From contig NIVC01000845.1 in NCBI GenBank assembly GCA_002269645.1, forward strand, positions 186,001-250,000: a stretch of DNA of 64,000 nt, given 5' to 3'. Positions 13,001 through 24,590 of the stretch are shown here, piece after piece. A program made the position numbers and the translations under genes. The notes beneath the pieces were generated by a model, which saw only the letters and a program-made list of their open reading frames with translations, made no database searches and was not told the DNA's origin. Positions within the stretch are counted from its first letter, which is position 1. Each line of letters opens with the position of its first letter. The DNA comes from Macrostomum lignano (taxonomy: Eukaryota).

Positions 13001-14435
13001 GGTTGGAGTGACTGGGTTGGAGTGACCTGGTTGGAGTGATTAGGTTGGAGTGACTAGGTTGGAGTGACTAGGTTGGAGTGATTGGGTTGGAGTGACTAGG
13101 TTGGAGTGACTAGGTTGGAGTGACTAGATTGGAGTGATTGGGTTGGAGTGACTAGGTTGGAATGACTAGGTTGGAGTGACTGGGTTGGAGTGACCTGGTT
13201 GGAGTGATTAGATTGGAGTGACTAGGTTGGAGTGACTAGGTTGGAACGACTAGGTTGGAGTGACTAGTTTGGAGTGACTAGGTTGGAGTGACTGGGTTGG
13301 AGTGACCGGGTTGGAGTGACTGGGTTGGAGTGACCTGGTTGGAGTGATTAGGTTGGAGTGACTAGGTTGGAGTGACTAGGTTGGAGTGATTGGGTTGGAG
13401 TGACTAGGTTGGAGTGACTAGATTGGAGTGATTGGGTTGGAGTGACTAGGTTGGAATGACTAGGTTGGAGTGACTGGGTTGGAGTGACCTGGTTGGAGTG
13501 ATTAGATTGGAGTGACTAGGTTGGAGTGACTAGGTTGGAGTCGCTGGGTTGGAGTGACCGGGTTGGAGTGATTAGGTTGGAGTGACTGGGTTGGAGTGAC
13601 CGGGTTGGAGTGACTAGGTTGGAGTGACTGGGTTGGAGTGACTAGGTTGGAGTGACTGGGTTGGAGTGACTAGGTTGGAGTGACTGGGTTGGAGTGACTA
13701 GGTTGGAGTGACTGGGTTGGAGTGACCGGGTTGGAGTGACTGGGTTGGAGTGACCTGGTTGGAGTGATTAGGTTGGAGTGACTAAGTTGGAGTGACTAGA
13801 TTGGAGTGACTAGGTTGGAGTGACTAGGTTGGAGTGACTAGGTTGGAGTGACTGGGTTGGAGTGACTAGGTTGGAGTGACTAGGTTGGAGTGACTGGGTT
13901 GGAGTGACTAGGTTGGAGTGACTAGGTTGGAGTGACTAGGTTGGAGTGACCGGGTTGGAGTGACCGGGTTGGAGTGATTAGGTTGAATGAGGATGAGAGT
14001 AGTATCTAACTGACTGTGGCTTATTGGGACTGACTATCTGAGAGTGACTTATTGAGAGTGACTATCTGACAGAGAATTATTGAGAGTGACTATCTGAGAG
14101 TGACTTCACCCCGGCCGGCCCTCAGAGAGGTGAAGCTGTGGCGAGTGCACCTGTTCACCGGCATCCAGCTGGGCTGCTTCGCTCTGCTGTGGGTCGTCAA
14201 GAAGATCTCCCTGATCAGCATCGCCTTCCCACTGATGGTGCTGTCACTGTGCTTCGCCCGCAAGCTGCTGGACTACGTGTTCACCAGGAATGAGCTTCGC
14301 CTGCTGGACGACCTGCTGCCCGAGCAGAAATTGGAGGAGACCATCCGACTGCGTCGACGCAGCCGCATGTCCACGGCCGTGGACCTCGAAGAGCTCGCCC
14401 AGGCCGAAGATGACGAGCAAGAGAAAGCCGTTTAA
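4078..14435 (+). CDS. SLC4-family bicarbonate transporter, Na+-coupled (NBC/NDCBE-like), 9 exons, about 966 aa
   Basis: Exons 4078-4183, 4783-5226, 6363-6673, 7041-7282, 8143-8368, 9369-10035, 11408-11646, 12424-12779, 14126-14435. All introns are GT-AG and phases join (2901 nt). Motifs: [63 protein letters not shown], Cys-containing loop 3, [22 protein letters not shown]-like segment, RVHLFT. Exon 1 is supported only by ATG, donor and phase fit. Confidence 0.93.
4365..4754. repeat. SLC4 intron 1: 26-bp unit then 18-bp unit (GAGTGACAAGATAGCCTA)
   Basis: Direct tandem copies. Confidence 0.93.
5255..6345. repeat. SLC4 intron 2: 19-bp unit (GAGTGACCAGTCTAGAACA)
   Basis: About 57 copies. Confidence 0.97.
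6835..7020. repeat. SLC4 intron 3: 34-bp unit (GAGTGACAATATTCAGGAGTGCCAGACAGAGAGA)
   Basis: About 5 copies. Confidence 0.92.
7290..8080. repeat. SLC4 intron 4: 13-bp unit (GAGTGAC(C/A)GATT(G/T/A)) with a 172-bp higher-order repeat
   Basis: Variant marker TTGGAGAGAC at 7601, 7773 and 7945. Confidence 0.95.
8407..9222. repeat. SLC4 intron 5: 18/21-bp units (CTCAAGGATGCTGATGATG)
   Basis: 39-bp composite period in the first half. Confidence 0.93.
10040..11365. repeat. SLC4 intron 6: 14-bp unit (GAGTTGGAGCTGAG, 10040-10490) then 15/16-bp units (GCAAAGCTGTGAATG / GACAATGCTGTGAATG, 10535-11365)
   Basis: Two adjacent arrays. Confidence 0.95.
11675..12385. repeat. SLC4 intron 7: 15-bp unit (CCACTAATCCACAAT)
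   Basis: About 47 copies. Confidence 0.95.
12782..13985. repeat. SLC4 intron 8: 14-bp unit (GAGTGACTAGGTTG)
   Basis: About 85 copies, starting inside the splice donor. Confidence 0.97.
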
Positions 14436-14566
14436 TAAATATGGAATGATGATTCCCCCTGAGATATCAGAGTGGAATGCACTGCAGGATGTAGGACTGT
14501 TATTTATAAACAATTTTAGCATTGTAAAAAAATACTTCACCGTTTGATTTTCTCAATTGCACCAAC

Positions 14567-15310
14567 TAAAAAATGCACAATGATTATATAGGCTGATTAT
14601 CTCGATGCAGTAACGTTAAAATCATTTATCCTGACTGTGATTATCCTGACTGTGATTATCCTGACTGAGATTATCCTGACTAAAAAATGCACAATGATTA
14701 TATAGGCTGATTATCTCGATGCAGTAACGTTAAAATCATTTATCCTGACTGTGATTATCCTGACTGTGATTATCCTGACTGAGATTATCCTGACTGAGAT
14801 TATCCTGGCTGTGATTATCCTGACTGTGATTATCCTGACTGAGATTATCCTGACTGTGATTATCCTGACTGAGATTATCCTGACTAAGATTATCCTGGCT
14901 AAGATTATCCTGACTGTGATTATCCTGACTGGGATTATCCTGACTGGGATTATCCTGACTGTGATTATCCTGACTGAGATTATCCTGGCTGGGATTATCC
15001 TGACTGAGATTATCCTGACTGAGATTATCCTGACTGAGATTATCCTGACTGTGATTATCCTGACTGAGATTATCCTGACTGAGATTATCCTGACTGAGAT
15101 TATCCTGGCTGAGATTATCCTGACTGTGATTATCCTGACTGGGATTATCCTGACTGTGATTATCCTGACTGAGATTATCCTGGCTGGGATTATCCTGACT
15201 GAGATTATCCTGGCTGAGATTATCCTGGCTGAGATTATCCTGATTGAGATTATCCTGACTGGGATTATCCTGGCTGTGATTATCCTGACTGTGATTATCT
15301 TGACTGTGAT
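14567..15310. repeat. 114-bp direct duplication followed by a 15-bp minisatellite (GATTATCCTGACTGA)
   Basis: CTAAAAAATGCACAATG.. occurs at about 14567 and 14680; the array runs to about 15310. Confidence 0.93.
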
Positions 15311-15755
15311 TGTCTTGAGTGAGTATATTCAGCTAAAATTAAAACATCTCACCATGTAAGTACAGGTATATAAGGCCAAAAGGCTTGAAAATTAACTTTG
15401 TATTTTATTTTATTAGATCAGAAGTGTCATATTATGCTCCTATTTATAAATTCATAGGATGTATTCCTCTTTTCAGTTACTTCCCTCATATTTTTATCCC
15501 GAAAAAAGTGCTTGGCTGGGCCTTAGTTACTTAATACACTCTCAATCTGCCCCACTAAATGGCTATTAGAGCAAATCATTATTTTTTATTTCAAATTAAA
15601 AAGTCATTGGCACTAAAGAGGGCTTTTTTGCTATTGGTAAATTCAATTTGTGTTTTATTCTTTTTTTCACGGCTATTCACTGGCAATTATCATGATAACA
15701 ACATTTAACACTTCGGAATAACAATAACAATATTAAGCATTTAACTGATAGACTA

Positions 15756-16120
15756 TCCTCTCTCTCCTCTCCCCTCTCTCCTCTCCCCTCTCTCCCCTCC
15801 CCTCTCCTCTCTCCTCTCCCCTCTCTCCTCTCTCCTTTCCACTCTTTCCTCTCCCCTCTCTCCTCTCTCCTCTCTCCTCTCCCCTCTCTCCTCTCTCCTT
15901 TCCATTCTTTCCTCTCCCCTCTCTCCCCTCTCCCCTCTCCTCTTGCTGGTGGGGTTAGACTGCCTCTCTTCTCTCCCCTCTCTCCTCTCTATTCTATCCT
16001 CTCTACTCTCTCCTCTTTCTGGCGGGATTAGGCTGCCTCCCTCCTCTCTCCTTTTCCTTCTCTCCTCTTTCCGTTCCTTTCTCCCCTCTTTCCTCTCCCT
16101 TCTCTCCTTTCTCCACTTCC
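15756..16120. repeat. CT-rich low-complexity tract
   Basis: (CTCTC)n variants just 3' of the DM9 gene. Confidence 0.9.
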
Positions 16121-16223
16121 CCTCCGCCCAGGCACCCAAGCTGGCTGCAAGAGCAATAAGAGCTGATTGCCAGACAACTAGGCAATTGTCTGGCTACGCC
16201 CCCTGTGAACAAAATCGAGCCTG

Positions 16224-18384
16224 TCAAACGCGGAACACCTTGGCAATATCCGGGTGCACAGATCGTTCAGCAAACACCAGCACCTCGAAGCCGCTGCTGC
16301 ACTGGTATCCGGTCAGCTGCTTGCTAACAAACTGAGCAGTGCCTCTGTGCGGTGCGAACTCCCCAGCTAGCGGATGGCCGTTCAAGATGGTCCTGGCGGT
16401 GTACAGCGGCCTGTCGGACTCGCAGCCGCTGATCAGCGCGTTTGGCGGAGCCTCGGAGCAGCCGCGCCACGGCTGCCAGCGCACCGGCCGGCCAAGGAAA
16501 CTGCCGATTGAAGTGCGGCGCAGAATCTGCTGGGGGGGCAACAAAAGTACAATGGCTACTTTGGAATTCATATTGCCTTCGAGGGTGTCGGCCCCTGGAA
16601 TTTCTACAGGTTTCTCTCTACAGGTGTCTCTACATGTGTCTCTACAGGTGTCTCTACAGATGTCTCTACAGCTGTCTCTACAGATGTCTCTACAGGTGTC
16701 TCTACAGATGTCTCTACAGGTGTCTCTACAGGTGTCTCTACAGATGTCTCTACATGTGTCTCTACAGATGTCTCTACAGATGTCTCTACAGGTGCCTCTA
16801 CAGATGTCTCTACAAGTGTCTCTACAGGTGTCTCTACAGATGTCTCTACAGGTGTCTCTAAAGGTGTCTCTACAGGTGTCTCTACAGGTGTCTTGACAGG
16901 TATCTCTACAGGTGACTCTACAGATGTCTCTACAGGTGTCTCTAAAGGTGTCTCTACAGGTATCTTAACAGGTGTCTCTACAGATGTCTCTACAGGTGTC
17001 TTAACAGGTATCTTTACAGGTGACTCTACAGGTGTCTCTACAAGTGTCTATACAGGTGTCTATACAGGTGTCTTGACAGGTATCTCTACAGGTGACTCTA
17101 CAGGTGTCTCTACAAGTGTCTATACAGGTGTCTATACAGGTGTCTTGACGGGTATCTCTACAGGTGTCTATACAAGTGTCTTAAGGGGTAGCTCTACAGA
17201 TGTCTCTACAGGTATCTCTACAGGTGTCTTTCCATGTGCACAGATGTCTTACGAAGTTTCTCGCCCCTGTGTGTCCCCAGTTATCTTCCCAAGTGCCTCA
17301 TCCAGGTGCTTAAGGCGTCTGTGTCACCCATGAATAGTTGTTTGTCTCGAACTTAGACTTAAAAGTAAGAAAAGTACATTAAAATCAGCGCATAACAACT
17401 CGCCTCGTAACTGTCTTTTAGTATTCTGCCTTCTGTTCCCATTAGCAGCATTGGAGGCACACTAAAACGCTTTAAATCCTTGCGATCCACGAGCTCCCTC
17501 AGCAGGTCGCCTCTGTCGTGGAACACTGTGCCGATGCGCCAGTCGTTGCCCACTTGGGTCCGGCCGACATAAACCCCTCTGAGTTAGTTGAGTAAAGCAG
17601 GGTTTAGCATCGGAGTTAGGGCTAAGGCTAGGGTTATGGTTAGGGCTAAGGTTAGGACCAGTACTAGGGCTAGGGCTATGGTTTGGGTTAGGGTTAGGCC
17701 TTGGGCTGGGGTAATGATTAGGGCTATGACCAGGGTTAGGATAAGGCCTAGGGCTAGGGCTAGGGCTATGGTTAGGGTTAAAGCTATGGTTAGGGCTAGG
17801 GCTAGGGCTATGGTTAGGGCTAGGGCTATGGTTAGGGCTAGGGCTATGGTTAGGGTTAAAGCTATGGTTAGGGCTAGGGCTATGGTTAGGGCTAGGGCGA
17901 TGGTTAGGGCCAGGGCTATGGCTAGGGCTAGGGCTAGGGCTAGGGTTAGGGTTAGGGTTAGAACTAGGGCTGAGGTAGGGCCAGGGCTGGATTCAAAATA
18001 TTGGTTTTTTCTGGAGCCTCAGAGAATATATTCTTACAGTTTTCTTAAAGTTTTATAATAAATTTAGTTTAAAAAGAAATTTAAAAAAACTCGTAACAGA
18101 TACAACCGGGCCAGTTCTCACCTGACAAAGTGCTCAAATTTCCACCTGGTGTCGAAAGTGGCGAACTCCGCGGACTCCAACTTGGTCTGGTGCTGCGTTG
18201 TCACGGGCCAGTCGCTGCCATCAAACAGCGGCATGAAGGCCTCACAGCGGAATGCAGCTATCAGCTCTTGGGCGTCAAAATCGTTTTTTAGCCAGCTGAT
18301 GGACAGCTCGACGCCACGGCCAGCCGGCTCGAAAACGGCGCTCATCTCTTTGCCAACCTTCGTCTTTTGATTGTCTCTGAAGAA
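16224..18384 (-). CDS. DM9-repeat (DUF3421-like) protein, last three exons; 5' end unresolved
   Basis: Exons 18384-18122, 17578-17404, 16526(or 16529)-16224. Two DM9-like units: VYVGR..G..SYE|IL and W..PPNALISG.ESDRPLYTAR..G...GFEVL. The second intron needs a GC donor. Confidence 0.7.
16605..17245. repeat. 12-bp minisatellite (TCTCTACAGGTG) in DM9 gene intron
   Basis: About 52 copies. Confidence 0.95.
17600..17985 (+). repeat. Telomere-like hexamer array (TTAGGG/CTAGGG/CTATGG) in DM9 gene intron
   Basis: About 60 hexamers including perfect TTAGGG runs. Confidence 0.88.
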
Positions 18385-20017
18385 CTGATTGAGAAACTAG
18401 ATCAGAATTCAATTCAAGAACATATTGTATCTAGATTTTGCAGGCCACATCGCGGGCCGAAATGAGGATATGTGAGGCTAGTCTATGACCAAAGTTTTGC
18501 CAGAACGATTGAGTATAACATATGTACTCGTAATTAACGTATACTTAAAAGTTGTAACAAATAACCATTAAATGTAATTGTCACAAACATTGCTAGGAAA
18601 ATTCATTGTCCGTTACAGGTTCACATCTTGCTTCCATTCACCGCTTGCCTCTTTTACAAGAAGAAGCTAATTTTAGCTCCATCCTTCTCCAGAGTAGCTA
18701 TTGTGTTGCGCGACGGCCGCCAGGCTCATTGTACTCCGTCTGGCGGTGCTCCATTGCACCTCCGACATCTTCGACTCTGAGTGCAATGCTTCCGTGAGAC
18801 TGCGAGAAACCTGGATCTTTCTCTTCCCAGAGATGCGCTTGGTGTATCGATTGACGGATTCATCGCGGCGATGACCTACAAAAAATCGGTTTCTTTAGAG
18901 TGATGCTATAATCGATAACTTAGCACACTACAAAAACAACTGAACACTGACCTGTCACTGAAGTTAAATTCAGAATGAAAAGAATTCTGATATCCACTAA
19001 CTGTAGTCAGACTCTGGTTGATTTTATATATGGTTAAAATGTGGGGGCGAAGCCCCCCACCCCAGTTTTTGCACTGGCGGGCAGAAACAACGATTCGGCC
19101 CGGGATTATAGTCTATGGTAAAGATGGTATATCGAAAACTGCATACTTTGCTTAGACCTGCATCTAGGAGCGGGCCGAAATGAAGTGATGCGGCCCGCGA
19201 AGTATGACACAATAGAAATATGTCTATGCTTCCTAGGGCCGAGACGGCACAAATACGAGGGCTGCTCAACCAATAACCTTTGCCAATTGTCTATGGCCAA
19301 AACTGACTATGGAAAGTGCATGCATTGAATTGAAGACATCGAGCAGTTGAATTTAGAATTTTAACCAAGGTCAAGGACTATTTGAAGTATTTAGTTGTAC
19401 CCAAAGATACTAGAATAACTAGATGGGCCACTCAGCACATTTGCGTGTAAGCTACTTTTAGTTCAGTAGTAAGTAGTAAGAATTTTAATGTATTATTTAA
19501 GCCAAGGCCCATTTATAGGTTCTTACCCCCAGCTTAAACCCTCCTCCAACCGCGCCTTTCCACACTACCCCCGCCCCACCCCAATTTTTATTGCCTTTCT
19601 CGGAATTCCAGCCTAAAGCTGCCATGTACATTTCTGTGGACTGGCTAATGTACATTATTGCTGAGAAACTGCAACTAAATTGTCAGACCGCATGTCAGCT
19701 GCTCAATCAGATGTTTTCACAGGCCAAGCAGCGAAGCAGGAAGCGCGCAGTGAGTGAGCAAACCAGTCTGCACTCTTGGCAATCGAGATGACATCCACGC
19801 TTAACTCCGCGATTCTCTGCAGTTACCATGGAAGGCCAATCCTGTGGATTGAGTTCATCTGGTGGACTCTGCAGCTTCAGTTGCACGGCGGGCATGACTT
19901 GTCTGAATTTAATTGCTTTATGTCTTTAATTCAGTGCTCTGTCTGTGCCTTGGCCACAGACCATAGACGGTGTTTTTACCATAGACTAATGTAGAAGCAT
20001 TGACTGAATGTGATTTT

Positions 20018-21560
20018 ACCATGGACTTCTCTGGATGCTAAGCTAGCATGGATCTCTATATCCTAAGCTACCATGGACTTCTCTGGATGCTAAGCTAGCA
20101 TGGATCTCTATATAATAAGCTAGCATGGATCTCTATATAATAAGCTAGCATGGATCTCTATATAATAAGCTAGCATGGATCTCTATATGCTAAGCTACCA
20201 TGGACTTCTCTAGCTGGATGCTAAGCTACCATGGACTTCTCTAGATGGATGCTAAGCTACCATGGACTTCTCTGGATGCTAAGCTAGCATGGATCTCTAT
20301 ATGCTAAGCTACCATGGACTTCTCTAGCTGGATGCTAAGCTACCATGGACTTCTCTAGCTGGATGCTAAGCTACCATGGACTTCTCGAGCTGGATGCTAA
20401 GCTACCATGGACTTCTCTAGCTGGATGCTAAGCTACCATGGACTTCTCTAGCTGGATGCTAAGCTACCATGGACTTCTCTAGCTGGATGCTAAGCTACCA
20501 TGAACTTCTCTAGATGGATGCTAAGCTACCATGGACTTCTCTAGCTGGATGCTAAGCTACCATGAACTTCTCTAGATGGATGCTAAGCTACCATGAACTT
20601 CTCTAGATGGATGCTAAGCTACCATGGACTTCTCGAGCTGGATGCTAAGCTACCATGGACTTCTCGAGCTGGATGCTAAGTTACCATGGACTTCTCTAGC
20701 TGGATGCTAAGCTACCATGGACTTCTCGAGCTGGATGCTAAGCTACCATGGACTTCTCTAGCTGGATGCTAAGCTACCATGGACTTCTCTGGATGCTAAG
20801 CTACCATGGACTTCTCTGGATGCTAAGCTACCATGGACTTCTCTGGATGCTAAGCTACCATGGACTTCTCTAGCTGGATGCTAAGCTACCATGGACTTCT
20901 CTAGCTGGATGCTAAGCTACCATGGACTTCTCTGGATGCTAAGCTACCATGGACTTCTCTGGATGCTAAGCTACCATGGACTTCTCTGGATGCTAAGCTA
21001 CAATGGACTTCTCTAGATGCTAAGCGACCATGGACTTCTCTGGATGCTAAGCTACCATGGACTTCTCTGGATGCTAAGCTACCATGGACTTCTCTAGCTG
21101 GATGCTAAGCTACCATGGACTTCTCTGGATGCTAAGCTACCATGGACTTCTCTGGATGCTAAGCTACCATGGACTTCTCTGGATGCTAAGCTACAATGGA
21201 CTTCTCTAGATGCTAAGCGACCATGGACTTCTCTGGATGCTAATACCATGGACTTCCCTAGATGCTAAGCTACCATGGACTTCTCTGGATGCTAATACCA
21301 TGGACTTCCCTAGATGCTAAGCTACCATGGACTTCTCTGGATGCTAATACCATGGACTTCCCTAGATGCTAAGCGACCATGGACTTCTCTGGATGCTAAT
21401 ACCATGGACTTCTCTGGATGCTAATACCATGGACTTCCCTAGATGCTAAGCGACCATGGACTTCTCTGGATGCTAATACCATGGACTTCCCTAGATGCTA
21501 AGCGACCATGGACTTCTCTGGATGCTAATACCATGGTTATCTCTAGATGCTAAGCTACGA
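20018..21560. repeat. 27/31-bp minisatellite (CCATGGACTTCTCT[AGCT]GGATGCTAAGCTA)
   Basis: About 55 copies. Confidence 0.96.
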
Positions 21561-22163
21561 GTACCTCTCGATGTCTTTAATATAACCTCATCACTCTATG
21601 GAAAGTAGGGCAGTCTAAAATCGTATTTTACTACTCAATAGTAGTCCAACTATGTTTTAGGGTCAAGAAAGATTAATTTGTTTTTAAAAAGTAAAAGACA
21701 TTTTTTGAGGTTTTCAATGTTCCTGGAAGCGAACAATTTTTTTTCATTTCCAGCCCATACAGGATAAAACAGCACTTTATTTTTAGTCTCAGCACAATGT
21801 CAAATATCCGAGCTTTAGTAAATTAACCCTAGCAAACTCGTTGATAAGACGAATCATGGCGTGAGAACCTGAGATCGCTGATCCCTTCTAATCAGCACAG
21901 AAGCGTAGAAGGTATAAGATTACCCTCTCTCTCTTGCCTCAGAAACAATGGCAAATAATTGCTGCAATTAAATGCCCGTGTCTTGTCCTTATCTGCCATT
22001 GCACCGGCACTTAAGTAAACCAATGCAGCGGCCTGAAGAACATTATTGATAAGATCAAAGAATTAGTAAAGAAGCGAGCGACTGCACCTGTGACTTTGTG
22101 GAAGCAAAATGCTGACGAAATAATTGATAGATTTTTTAAGTCACCTATATGTAGTACAGGCTG

Positions 22164-22211
22164 AGACAGACAGACGGACAGATAGACAGACAGACAGACA
22201 GACAGATACTA

Positions 22212-22294
<83 letters not shown>

Positions 22295-22299
22295 TACTA

Positions 22300-22388
<89 letters not shown>

Positions 22389-22465
22389 GGCAGACAGGCA
22401 GACAGACAGACAGACAGACAGACAGACACACACACAGACAGACAGACAGACAGACAGACACACAC

Positions 22466-22496
<31 letters not shown>

Positions 22497-22537
22497 GGCA
22501 GACAGGCAGACAGACAGACAGACAGACAGACAGACAC

Positions 22538-22608
<71 letters not shown>

Positions 22609-22609
22609 C
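22164..22609. repeat. (GACA)n microsatellite
   Basis: Direct observation. Confidence 0.97.
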
Positions 22610-23254
22610 AGGTTCAGAAGCAAACAGAGCCAGTTCAGTCTATCAGCTGCAGCACCGATGAGTCAGAGCCATGCCATGCAGCTCAGACAAAATCCTTTAT
22701 ACCAAAAATATTCAAACTAGAAATCAGTCCCCCGAAAAACGCCAGAGCCCCATTTCAACCAACAAGTTGAGGAGAGGAGAAATTCCACCCAACTCTGAGG
22801 GTGGGGGCAAATAGTGTTAATAGCATTTGGGGGCTTAGCAATGGAGAACACGGAACGGAGGGGGGATGAGGAGCACCCCCCCATAGCACAGATAAGAGCC
22901 ATGCGGAGTCAATCAATTAGTCATGCCATTCGAGGTAAGGAATGGGAGATTACATTATACAGCAGGGGTTTGGGGAACTCTTTGAAGCAACTTACTCAGC
23001 TTTGCGCTCAACGCGGTTTAGCGAACAAAGACTGAGACCAAGGGTAGGCCAAGGAGTCCCGGAACCAGAGCCTTGGATCGGAATTGCAGCTCTGCCATCC
23101 TTTACTGAAACTATTATTAACTCAGGAAGCGCCGGACAGGGGGGGCAGCTGCCCTCCTCTTGCCTGGAGATGGGGTGTGTGGCATGTGCCCCTCATACAT
23201 AATGCTCAACTGCTGTACCGGGGCGCCCCCAAAAATAATAAAAATCACGATTTC

Positions 23255-23862
23255 TACTTTGGCGCTTTATTGGCGCTAAAATCTCACCCGTGGCGCTTTA
23301 TTTAGCGCTAAAATCTCACCTTTGGCGCTTTCTTGGCGCTAAAATCTCACCTGTGGCGCTTTATTGGCGCTAAAATCTCACCTGTGGCGCTTTCTTGGCG
23401 CTAAAATCCCACCTGTGGCGCTTTATTGGCGCTAAAATCCCACCTGTGGCGCTTTATTGGCGCTAAAATCTTACCTGTGGCGCTTTATTGGCGCTAAAAT
23501 CTCACCTGTGACGCTTTATTAGCGCTAAAATCTCACCTGTGGCGCTTTATTTAGCGCTAAAATCTCACCTGTGGCGCTTTCTTGGCGCTAAAATCTCACC
23601 TGTGGCGCTTTATTAACGCTAAAATCTCACCTGTGGCGCTTTATTTAGCGCTAAAATTTCACCTGTGGCGCTTTATTTAGCGCTAAAATCTCACCTGTGG
23701 CGCTTTCTTGGCGCTAAAATCTCACCTGTGACGCTTTATTGGCGCTAAAATCTCACCCGTGGCGCTAATATCTCACCTGTGGCGCTAGAATCTCACCTGT
23801 GGCGCTAATATCTCAACCTGTGGCGCTAAAATCTCACCTGTGACACTCAATTGGCGCTAAAA
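23255..23862. repeat. 31/32-bp minisatellite (GGCGCTAAAATCTCACCTGTGGCGCTTTATT)
   Basis: About 19 copies. Confidence 0.94.
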
Positions 23863-24426
23863 TGTTTATGCATCTCGATCTCAGTTACTGGGGGGAATTT
23901 TGCCCACTGGGGAGATTCTCTTGTTCCACTGCCTGCGTCTGCTACAGTTTCCGATCTATAATAACTTTCAGTATCGAAAGAAACGAATTCTTATTTTCAA
24001 GGATCAATTTCGAAGGAATGCCTCTTTTTCTAAGGTCTCTTTGGCCGGGGGTTCGTAATTTTAGACCCCACTTCTCCACATTGTTGAAAAAAACGTTGCA
24101 TCGAAATCTTCTACAGAAGGGGAGGGGACAAAGCCTCGGAACTTCAGTCCTGTTTAGGGGTTGTCAGCTTTAGTCACGTGGTCGGAAAATACTGATACAC
24201 ACATTTGACTAACCTGGCCTATATGAGTAATGAGGACAGGGCATAAAAAAAGGCAAACTTACTAATGCTTGCTTGCATAGGCCTCACCCCCGGGGTCTGG
24301 GGGTGGCTGTGCCACTGAGTCACTCGCGTACAAGGACAGACAGTGACGCTGGTGGTGATTAGGTGGAGGAAACGGCTGGGTAAACCCTGGACCCGGGAGT
24401 CACAGGGGCCAAAACGGACAAAGAAG

Positions 24427-24590
24427 ATTGGCTGACAAAGGCCTTGGATATTTTGCACACACAGAGAGGCAGCTCCCTACAAGCTCTATATAAACGAGAG
24501 CAGGAGTGGCATAAGAGTAAGACCCAGATTCTGAGGCTCGATCTTCATCATCCTTGCTGATTCTTCCTGCTCAACTTTGCTCTGGTGAGT
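24427..24590 (+). promoter_or_regulatory. Candidate Pol II promoter and non-coding first exon
   Basis: ATTGG (reverse CCAAT) at 24427, TATATAAA at 24487-24494, strong donor G|GTGAGT at 24585, acceptor at 24697-24698. Confidence 0.3.

Noticed and set aside
18640-18876. Exon-like minus-strand segment upstream of the DM9 exons
   Set aside because: It has a good acceptor but only weak phase-0 donors and no recognisable homology, so it was left out of the model.
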